From the sequence record PZ379074.1: a DNA stretch of 64,000 nucleotides, one strand, 5' to 3'. The stretch is from a phage. The notes under the pieces were generated by a model. It was not told the origin of the DNA and made no database searches. It saw only the letters and a list, made by a program, of their open reading frames with translations. Shown here piece by piece: positions 9,156 to 16,037 of the stretch; the stretch's first letter is position 1; each line of letters opens with the position of its first letter. The position numbers and the translations under genes are program-made.

Positions 9156-9571
9156 TACAACGTTACGATGTTGATTATTGCACGCAGCACGCTTGCACTT
9201 GCGAAGTTGTAAAGGATAATGAAGGCGGCTACGTTGAATATGAGGACTATGCCGCGCTGGAAGCGAAATATAATGAAGCGCAACGCGAGTTGGCTGCATT
9301 ACGCTCACAGGTCCGTGATGCATCGGCGCTCGTTAAGCAGTTGCACGACGTTGTTGCTACTATAGGCGTGGATGATGATGCGCCGAAGGAGGAAGCGTGG
9401 ACCGTGTGGTTTGGTGGCGCGAATCCGGTGCCTGGGAAGATGGTTGAGTTTGAATTACTCAACGGTTATAAATCAAAAGAAGCCGTGCCAGCAGACAACT
9501 TGAACTGGGGCGAGGTAACAAGTCCGACTGGGGCAAAGATTATTGCTTATCGGGTCGTTAAGGAGGGGTGA
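9152..9571 (+). CDS. hypothetical protein (139 aa) with shared C-terminal NPVPGK...IIAYRVV module
   Basis: ATGA overlap; C-terminal module repeated from 7758..8267 at protein and partly DNA level (gcttatcgggtcgt). Confidence 0.55.
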   Translation: MIQRYDVDYCTQHACTCEVVKDNEGGYVEYEDYAALEAKYNEAQRELAALRSQVRDASALVKQLHDVVATIGVDDDAPKEEAWTVWFGGANPVPGKMVEFELLNGYKSKEAVPADNLNWGEVTSPTGAKIIAYRVVKEG

Positions 9572-10104
9572 TGGGCGGCTTTTGGCGTAAAGCTAAATAC
9601 TCTAAAGACTTGCATTACTTCTTGGATAATGAAGGCATAAGTATATGTGGCAGGTACAGAAGGGATAATGAATCAGCGTCGCAAAGTAATAAGGCTGAAT
9701 GGTTACTCAAGGAAGAGTGCAAAGTTTGCCGCAAACGTTTTTGTGACAAAACCAGCATGACTGATTACATAAAGGAGCTTAGAAAAAGATGCAAAAGCCC
9801 GCAAGAGTTTGCCATAACTCTTTGGGATGATCACCCTGAGTTGAGAAGTGAATGGTTAAAGACTGATGCAATCAATTACATCTTCAAATCGAAATACAGG
9901 ACGACAGCAAGATATAAAATGGATGAAGCAGTAATTCAAAAGGTATTTTCTTATTGGAGGGATACAGTCGATATTGTGAAAATAAAGAAATACCAAAACG
10001 AAGTGCTGCTGGAATTGGAGAGGATTGGCTATAAAGTCACCAATAAAATGATAAAAGAAGAAATAAAAAGGAGAACGGAAAAGGGGTTGATGCCTAAGAT
10101 ATAG
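9568..10104 (+). CDS. hypothetical Lys-rich protein with Cys cluster (178 aa); AT-rich gene
   Basis: ATGA overlap; visibly lower GC than neighbours; C-x-n-CKVC-x-n-C cluster. Confidence 0.5.
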   Translation: MMGGFWRKAKYSKDLHYFLDNEGISICGRYRRDNESASQSNKAEWLLKEECKVCRKRFCDKTSMTDYIKELRKRCKSPQEFAITLWDDHPELRSEWLKTDAINYIFKSKYRTTARYKMDEAVIQKVFSYWRDTVDIVKIKKYQNEVLLELERIGYKVTNKMIKEEIKRRTEKGLMPKI

Positions 10105-10439
10105 TGAATAAACGAACACCGTTTACGTGTTTTGAAGAATGGAATGTGTACAATGGGTCGCTTTATGCGGCCTTTTGTTGTTTGGGTCGTGTTTTGCGAT
10201 GGAATAATTATGAGGTTGTGTTTTATTTATTAATTGTGCGGAAATATTTAGAAATATATTTCATAGGTCGTGTCTATTGGTCCGTGGTGTTTGTTAGGAC
10301 TTATCTATGGATTGAAATTTTAGTGTCGTGAAACGTGGTGTTTGAACACATTTGATACGCGTAAAATACGGCTAAAAATTAAGCGTATCATGGCTGCAGG
10401 CCGCGCCGTTACTGAGTTCCTATTTTCAAAAGTGGTACA

Positions 10440-10800
10440 CCCTTACGGATGATACGTCATGGTTTTTTATCCGTATCAGTGTACAGCCCTTGCCGCGCCT
10501 GGCCTGTACATTAATCTTACGGATGATACGGATAAAACTGGGCACCATTATATATATAATTTGAAAAATTAATTAACTCCATTTTAAAAACATTTAAATT
10601 ATTTTTTTCATATCCTCATACTTATGTTAATTTATATATTTAACGTATCATCCGTAAGATATAAGTAAAAACAAAGACTTGCGGCAATACGGATGATACG
10701 TTATGATACGCTTCGACCAGCCAGCAGCGGCTAAGTCATTGATTTGCATAACAAGCAGCGAAAGGGATGGATTTCTTTTATCCGTATCAAACAGTACACC
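10440..10800. repeat. iteron-like repeat cluster, 13-bp motif TACGGATGATACG / CGTATCATCCGTA, flanking an AT-rich tract
   Basis: Full copies at 10444-10456, 10518-10530, 10688-10700 (+) and 10644-10656 (rc), plus partial copies; AT-rich tract 10545-10640. Confidence 0.7.
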
Positions 10801-10939
10801 ACGCACCACGGTCCGTTATCCATTCAGCACTATGATTTGTGTACGTTTATAGCCATAATGAACATCAATCTGCACTTGAATATAATGTCCATCCATTGTA
10901 TAATTCACACTATTAATTTGCACTATGGGATTTTGCACT

Positions 10940-11413
10940 ATGAGTCAAGATTATGTAGCGATGCCTGAAGACTTTGAAGACCCGCGATTTGCAGAGCACA
11001 ATCAGGCTTTATTCGATGAGTTCATTGACCTTGTTATTCAGGGCCATGACATGCGCGCAGCTTTTGCACTAGTATTTGGAATGGAAGTTGCAACGGATAA
11101 CTACACTGGCCAGCGAATCCTTTGCGCGCAACGCAATCCATACTACAAGATGCGCTTCAAAAAGCGTATGGAAGAGATGCCACTCAAGGATTTGTGGAGC
11201 GTAAAAGGTGCAATTCACAATTTGGTCAAGCTTGTGCGTGATCCAGAAGTCGCGGCGTCAGCCAAACTTAATGCTATTCGTGAACTGAATATCATCTACG
11301 GCATCACGATGATTGATGAAAACGGCAATAGTAAAATGGGCCGTTCCATGGACGATTTCTACAAGGATTTTGGAGAGGCGGCCAAAGAAGGTGAGCAATT
11401 CTCCCGCCACTAG
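10940..11413 (+). CDS. hypothetical protein (157 aa); speculative small-terminase/DNA-binding candidate
   Basis: ORF flanked on both sides by the ATTTGCACTAT array; alternative start ATG 10925; no motif recognised. Confidence 0.5.
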   Translation: MSQDYVAMPEDFEDPRFAEHNQALFDEFIDLVIQGHDMRAAFALVFGMEVATDNYTGQRILCAQRNPYYKMRFKKRMEEMPLKDLWSVKGAIHNLVKLVRDPEVAASAKLNAIRELNIIYGITMIDENGNSKMGRSMDDFYKDFGEAAKEGEQFSRH

Positions 11414-11432
11414 CCAATTTGCACTATAAAAC

Positions 11433-11466
11433 GGCCCTAGAACACATTTTCTCCACTTCTAGGGCC
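11433..11466 (+). other. hairpin downstream of 10940..11413 (weak terminator candidate)
   Basis: GGCCCTAGAA ... TTCTAGGGCC 10-bp inverted repeat with 14-nt loop; no U-tract. Confidence 0.3.
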
Positions 11467-11841
11467 ATCGGTAATACGACGGGGAAGGTTACAACCATAA
11501 ACGCGTTATAAAGTGTATTATTATAAGTCATCTTTTAGTCACTTTCCGTAACAATTTACGACCTTCAACCGTCCAATCGAACGACTCCACCAGCAGATTT
11601 GCACTATAACCTAAGACTACCCGACCTTTCTCGTTATCGACCCGCCAGCAAGTCTCGAATAGCATCTTATTTGCACTATTAACTATCGCCGCAACTCGCG
11701 TAGGATAAGCGCAATTTGCACTATGGTCATAAAGGGATAAGGTGCGACCACTTCCGATGGACAACGTAGCGATGAGAATGAGCGTATTCATAAGCCACCA
11801 ATTTGCACTATGAAAAGCGACCCCGAAGGGCCGCCATTCTA

Positions 11842-12468
11842 TTAGATAATCTGGAAGGTGTAGGACTTGTTGCCGAACTCAAAGTTCAAGCGCCCAGCTT
11901 CCTTAAGCTTCATGCGGAAGCGAATGTGTTTGCTATCCGGCAAGCCCAGCGCGGCGAACGCTACGCGGACCGATTTGAACTCGCCTACACCCTCGACCAT
12001 GACACCGTTACGGGTGAGACGCTTTTGCGCCACTTCCTTATTATCCCAGCTTTTTGCAATACCTTCGCTATTCGAACGGCGATGGGAAGGAGTTCCATTT
12101 TGCACTACGCAATTTGCACTATCGTTTAAACCGCTCTTAACGAAGGCTTCATATTCTTCGTCGGTCATCGCGTCGAGTTCTTCCTGGGTCGGCTCAGCCT
12201 TTTTAACGACCGCACGCGCCTTATGCGTTTTTACATCGCTGGACACTTCCTCGCGCGGCTTCGCGTCGGGAATGGGCGATTCGTTGGACGGCTCATCGAG
12301 CGCGTTTAAGGACTCGATTAACGCGATTACGCGAGTCTCGGCGGTCCGGCGGTCCGCGAATTTCTTAATCGGCTTCGAACCGGAATTTGCATTATAAAAT
12401 GCAACGAGGTCGGCGGTCTTAGTTGCGATAACGTCGCCGCTAGTAGAAAAGCGATTTAAGCTAACCAT
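11842..12468 (-). CDS. hypothetical protein (208 aa); member of TTATTATG-start module
   Basis: Same RBS context AGGAGTTTATTATGG as 12549..12863; 3' third overlaps the ATTTGCACTAT repeats. Confidence 0.45.
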   Translation of the reverse strand: MVSLNRFSTSGDVIATKTADLVAFYNANSGSKPIKKFADRRTAETRVIALIESLNALDEPSNESPIPDAKPREEVSSDVKTHKARAVVKKAEPTQEELDAMTDEEYEAFVKSGLNDSANCVVQNGTPSHRRSNSEGIAKSWDNKEVAQKRLTRNGVMVEGVGEFKSVRVAFAALGLPDSKHIRFRMKLKEAGRLNFEFGNKSYTFQII

Positions 12469-12548
12469 AATAAACTCCTATTTGTTAGGGCGCTAGGCGC
12501 GAAAGAATTTTATTAAAGCGCCGCGCACGACGCTCTAAAAATCCTCTC

Positions 12549-12863
12549 TTACTCTTCGTCGTCTTCGATTAATTCGAGGGCGAAGGCGTAAGCTTTGCTA
12601 TCGTAATTAACTAAAACGGCGAGTTCGAACTCGTTAATAAACGCCGTTTTACCGCATAAATTTAATTCCGCATCGACTTCGAAGAATCCGTTTTCGTCGC
12701 GCTCTAAGCGAGAAGCAGCGAGTTGCTCGATTACCGTCGCGTCGTTAATTTCTTCGCCTAAGCGAACGCCGGAGAATTTAGCGAGAATTTCGCCGTAAGT
12801 AAGCGTAACGCCCTGGACTTCGGCGGTTGCGTTTTCGAGGGTAAAGCGGGTAACGATAGCCAT
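12549..12863 (-). CDS. small highly acidic protein (104 aa)
   Basis: Preceded by sigma70-like promoter, conserved 5'UTR hairpin and AGGAGTTTATTATG start context; ends ...LELIEDDEE. Confidence 0.6.
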   Translation of the reverse strand: MAIVTRFTLENATAEVQGVTLTYGEILAKFSGVRLGEEINDATVIEQLAASRLERDENGFFEVDAELNLCGKTAFINEFELAVLVNYDSKAYAFALELIEDDEE

Positions 12864-12931
12864 AATAAACTCCTAGTTGGGAGAGGCGTTAACGACCTAT
12901 TCGTTAACTCATCCCGTCCCGATATGAGTAC

Positions 12932-12959
12932 ATTATAATATAGTGTAGAAAAAAGTAAA
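12932..12959 (-). promoter_or_regulatory. sigma70-like promoter (TTTACT-16-TATAAT) for 12863<-12549
   Basis: Reverse complement reads cTTTACT(16 nt)TATAAT; whole cassette near-identical to 13403-13430. Confidence 0.55.
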
Positions 12960-13003
12960 GCACTTTTTCGATAAAAATGCGATAAATTATTTTATCTTTT
13001 TTC

Positions 13004-13031
13004 TTTACTTCTTCGTACACTCGCGTATACT
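13004..13031 (+). promoter_or_regulatory. sigma70-like promoter (TTTACT-16-TATACT) for 13088..13390
   Basis: cTTTACTtcttcgtacactcgcgTATACT, back-to-back with divergent promoter at 12932-12959. Confidence 0.55.
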
Positions 13032-13087
13032 TGTTTATATCGAGACGGGCGATGTCCCTTTCTTCTACTAGCATCGGGAGCTTTATT

Positions 13088-13390
13088 ATGACTACTTTAA
13101 TCTCTTCCATCCTTACTTACGACGAAGACCGCTTAACCGTTCGCTCTCTTATCGCCGCCGTTAACGCGGAACTAGAATCTAGCGCCATTAAGGTCCGCGC
13201 GGTCGCCTTCATCGGCCTTTCCTTCGACGATATGAAGTATGCCGAACGTAGCGCTATCCGCTTCGCGAAGACCGACGACGAAGCCGTTACCCTTATCGAG
13301 ACGGTTACGCCGCGCGACGAAGCGTTAATTATCGTCGAGTATATCGACGTAGAAGGCGATAAGGCTTATAAATATTTTATCGCAGAATAA
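13088..13390 (+). CDS. small acidic protein (100 aa)
   Basis: Start set at ATG 13088 within GGGAGCTTTATTATG context (track ORF 13031..13390 starts earlier). Confidence 0.55.
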   Translation: MTTLISSILTYDEDRLTVRSLIAAVNAELESSAIKVRAVAFIGLSFDDMKYAERSAIRFAKTDDEAVTLIETVTPRDEALIIVEYIDVEGDKAYKYFIAE

Positions 13391-13402
13391 CGAAAAAGTG
13401 CT

Positions 13403-13430
13403 TTACTTCTTCGTACACTAAGACTATAAT
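13403..13430 (+). promoter_or_regulatory. sigma70-like promoter (TTTACT-16-TATAAT) for 13498..13788
   Basis: gtgcTTTACTtcttcgtacactaagacTATAATg; followed by hairpin GGTAGCGA-atagg-TCGCTACC and AGGAGATTATTATG. Confidence 0.55.
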
Positions 13431-13497
13431 GTTTTATATCGAGAGGGGATGAGGTAGCGAATAGGTCGCTACCCTCCCGACCAACTAGGAGATTATT

Positions 13498-13788
13498 ATG
13501 ATTACTTTAGCCGCTATCCGTAACGCTCGCGCCGAAACTTCCGAAAACTCTAACGTATTTGGCGAAAAACTTAAAAACGTTTATCTCTTTAACGTAGATG
13601 CGACTATCGAGGAGCTTCATAGTCCTATCGATTTTAGCGAATTTACGGAACTCGAAGAGGAAGATATTTCTACTTTCCGCGTTACTATCGAAGGCAAGGT
13701 TTATTTTGCTACGGAGTTCGGCGGCGAATATCTCGCGGTATCCGAAGGCGAAGGCCGTTACTCTTTCTTTAAAATCGTCTCCTTATAA
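13498..13788 (+). CDS. small acidic protein (96 aa)
   Basis: Own promoter cassette; followed by terminator. Confidence 0.6.
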   Translation: MITLAAIRNARAETSENSNVFGEKLKNVYLFNVDATIEELHSPIDFSEFTELEEEDISTFRVTIEGKVYFATEFGGEYLAVSEGEGRYSFFKIVSL

Positions 13789-13807
13789 TACCCTTCCGTT
13801 ACTAATA

Positions 13808-13833
13808 GGCCGCGCTTAGTCGCGGCTTTTCTT
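13808..13833 (+). terminator. rho-independent terminator
   Basis: GCCGCG-cttagt-CGCGGC followed by TTTTCTT, 20 nt after stop of 13498..13788. Confidence 0.55.
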
Positions 13834-14096
13834 CGTCCCTATCCCGATGCGCGTCTACGCGAAAACTCCTTTATCCTTCCCTTCGTCGTCGCATAATCTT
13901 CTTCGAGATGCTCCTTAGTTCGCATAACAGGTATTACGTTAAATGGAGAACATCGCGTAAGTCCTTGTTTTATATAGACACCTATATCGGACCGTTAGGG
14001 CGGGTCGCGTAAGTCGTTGTTTTATAAAGGCGCAAAACTTTCCCTTCGTTCCGAACTAAAACGAGGAATATGCCGACCCTTCGTCCGAAAATAGTA

Positions 14097-14470
14097 TGCA
14101 TGCGAAATTACATGCATCTAGAATAATCCCCACCGATATTATCCTACACGCAATCATTCGCTTTCGAATCATTATGCTTCATATTATTATGCATCGAATC
14201 ATTCTCTTTCGAATTGTAACGCTGGAAACTGTAACGGCGATTGATTATTGCGTTCGTGTGGTTTTTAGGGCATGGGTCTTTTGGTGCGTTTTGCTACTTG
14301 ATGAAATTTGCGGTACACTAATCAAAATACGACACATTTGGTCCACTAACTTTTCAAAGAAAAAGTCCTAGACAGTACCGTACTATTTTGCACCCACAGG
14401 AAATTTGCAGTACACTCCTGCGCGGCAGGCAAAATAAAGGGCCGCACTAAGCGACCCACTAAGCGACCCA
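14097..14470. repeat. non-coding repeat-rich region (short direct and inverted repeats)
   Basis: ATGCATG...CATGCAT inverted repeat near 14097; AATCATTC(G/T)CTTTCGAAT direct repeats near 14149 and 14201; (G/C)AGTACACT motifs near 14303 and 14400; tandem CACTAAGCGACCCA x2 at about 14445-14472. Confidence 0.5.
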
Positions 14471-14499
14471 CGATTCACGGTTAAAGCAACATCCACCCA

Positions 14500-14880
14500 C
14501 TATTCACTCTTATGGGCATCACCAAAGCCATCCGCAATCTGGCTGATCAATGATTCAATGGACACAGTTTTACCAATTGATCGAGCGGTAATAGCAAGCA
14601 TATTATCAATCAAACCACGATTGACTGCATATGTTCCAGGTTTTGACTCATCTTCAGAACAACCAAAAAGCTGGTCGCGCAGACTTTCAAGAGAACGCTC
14701 AATATTTTCCAACTTCTCTTCTAAATCGGATTGGCGACGTAAAACCCATGTCAAGTCACGGTTGCCAACTTCCAATCCATCAGAATAGCAAGGTGGAGCG
14801 TCAATTTTGATGCTGGAACCAAAAGCAATGCCGCTGCCTTTAGTATGTGTGTGGCTCATAGAATCATTTTTATTTGACAT
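14500..14880 (-). CDS. hypothetical protein (126 aa)
   Basis: Start set at internal ATG (MSNKND...) with AAAGG RBS; track ORF extends to 14946. Confidence 0.45.
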   Translation of the reverse strand: MSNKNDSMSHTHTKGSGIAFGSSIKIDAPPCYSDGLEVGNRDLTWVLRRQSDLEEKLENIERSLESLRDQLFGCSEDESKPGTYAVNRGLIDNMLAITARSIGKTVSIESLISQIADGFGDAHKSE

Positions 14881-14977
14881 ATCATTACCTTTAATATTTG
14901 GGTGATTAATAATAACTATAATAAAGCCGCATGGCGCGCCATTCAAATCGGTTTATTAATTGTAACGATTGGATTCA

Positions 14978-15172
14978 TCAATCGATACCAACTGAGCCGA
15001 TGTGCTGAAAGAATTCTGAATAAACTTCCTTCCAGTACTTGCGCGCAGCTTTCTGGGCTTGCCCTTTGCGCTTGTAGCTTTTACCTTGGAAAATGAAACG
15101 GTCGTTTGCTGCGTTATACTCCACCACACCTTCCAGCCATTGTAAGAATGCTACTGATTCATTTTTATTCAT
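14978..15172 (-). CDS. hypothetical protein (64 aa)
   Basis: ORF in minus-strand block. Confidence 0.4.
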   Translation of the reverse strand: MNKNESVAFLQWLEGVVEYNAANDRFIFQGKSYKRKGQAQKAARKYWKEVYSEFFQHIGSVGID

Positions 15173-15179
15173 GTTAACC

Positions 15180-15575
15180 TCAATATTTTAATAAGAAAGT
15201 ACCCAACCAACTTTCCTCAATCTCGCGGCCAGTAGCCACACGGTCGGTCTTGGCTATGGGTCTGGATTCGCCGCAGGGCAATCCGTCTTGTAGTTGTGTA
15301 CTATTGCCAATTCTCACCAGAACCTTTCCATCAGGGTCGATATAAGCGCGACAACCCATGATTTCGAGTCGTTGTAGACACTGGCGAATCGTTTTCAGCT
15401 TCTCACCGGACCGGATAGAGCGCGGTCGCGACCGCTGACCGTTTTTATTCACTGTACGCTTGAAAACCGGAATATCATTGGTGCGTTGCGGCTTGGGTCG
15501 GTAATAAGCCTCTTCGCCAGGAGTTGCACCTGGTGTCAGTTCGCGCTTAAGCGCCTTTTCAATATCAATGATCAT
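15180..15575 (-). CDS. hypothetical basic protein (131 aa)
   Basis: Start set at internal ATG (MIIDIEK...); track ORF extends to 15647 with Cys-rich leader. Confidence 0.4.
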   Translation of the reverse strand: MIIDIEKALKRELTPGATPGEEAYYRPKPQRTNDIPVFKRTVNKNGQRSRPRSIRSGEKLKTIRQCLQRLEIMGCRAYIDPDGKVLVRIGNSTQLQDGLPCGESRPIAKTDRVATGREIEESWLGTFLLKY

Positions 15576-15668
15576 AATTATGCTGCAGCAGCGTGAATGA
15601 TTGCATAAACAATTCCTAACATGGCGACAACACAAACCGTGCCCCAAAATGCAAAACGTCGTGATTCT

Positions 15669-15956
15669 TTATCCATTGGACCCTTCTCCACTGTTGATAT
15701 TATCCGAAATCAAAGTCGGAATTTCATCTTGAGTCCTTACCTTGTAGTGCGAAGGCATCTTACTTTCCAACAATGCCTGTTCAGCTTCGCCTTTTGTTTC
15801 AAACAAAGGAATGCACCAATCAACTGCATTTCCTTGCTCGTCGCCATTAACAGCTTTCAAGAATACAAGACGCTTGTCTGCAGGGTCGATGCCGCAAATT
15901 AAGTATTTAGGCAGCGCCTTTGCTTTTTGGGCCTTATCAATATCTTCAAATTTCAT
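15669..15956 (-). CDS. hypothetical protein (95 aa)
   Basis: ORF immediately downstream of tail fiber gene, same strand. Confidence 0.45.
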   Translation of the reverse strand: MKFEDIDKAQKAKALPKYLICGIDPADKRLVFLKAVNGDEQGNAVDWCIPLFETKGEAEQALLESKMPSHYKVRTQDEIPTLISDNINSGEGSNG

Positions 15957-16037
15957 AAATCACCTCACTTGTTAACGTATAATGAGTATAACTTAATATC
16001 GCATAAAGTAAAGGCGCTTTTCAGCGCCTTGAGTGAA

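Larger units (their letters stand above)
10916..12122 (+). repeat. dispersed direct-repeat array of 11-mer ATTTGCACTAT (at least 8 copies, all same orientation)
   Basis: Copies at about 10916, 10932 (one mismatch), 11417, 11597, 11669, 11714, 11801, 12112, plus degenerate copy at 12097. Confidence 0.7.

Noticed and set aside
10104-10331. 75-aa ORF rich in Trp/Cys/Phe/Val
   Set aside because: Sequence is dominated by GTCGTGT/GGTGT-type repeats next to the iteron region; the composition looks like translated repeat DNA rather than a protein.
11528-11791. 87-aa minus-strand ORF inside the ATTTGCACTAT array
   Set aside because: It spans three plus-strand repeat copies, has no RBS, and the start lies inside a repeat; more likely non-coding.
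11414-11840. Possible tRNA or small RNA genes in the ORF-free gap
   Set aside because: No T-loop (GTTCGAATC-like) or acceptor-stem/CCA arrangement could be found by eye; a covariance-model scan would be needed to exclude non-canonical tRNAs.
10916-12122. Possible CRISPR array (short direct repeats)
   Set aside because: Repeat unit is only 11 bp, spacers range from 16 to ~310 bp, there is no repeat-internal palindrome typical of CRISPR, and no cas genes are present.
11867-12397. 176-aa plus-strand ORF antisense to 11842..12468
   Set aside because: Shadow ORF opposite a better-supported minus-strand gene that has a conserved RBS and start context; Ser/Ala/Arg-rich low-complexity translation.
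14096-14371. 91-aa ORF (MHAKLHASRIIPTD...) in the track
   Set aside because: Low-complexity Ile/Arg/His-rich translation lying entirely within a repeat-rich non-coding region, with no RBS; most likely a chance frame across repeats.
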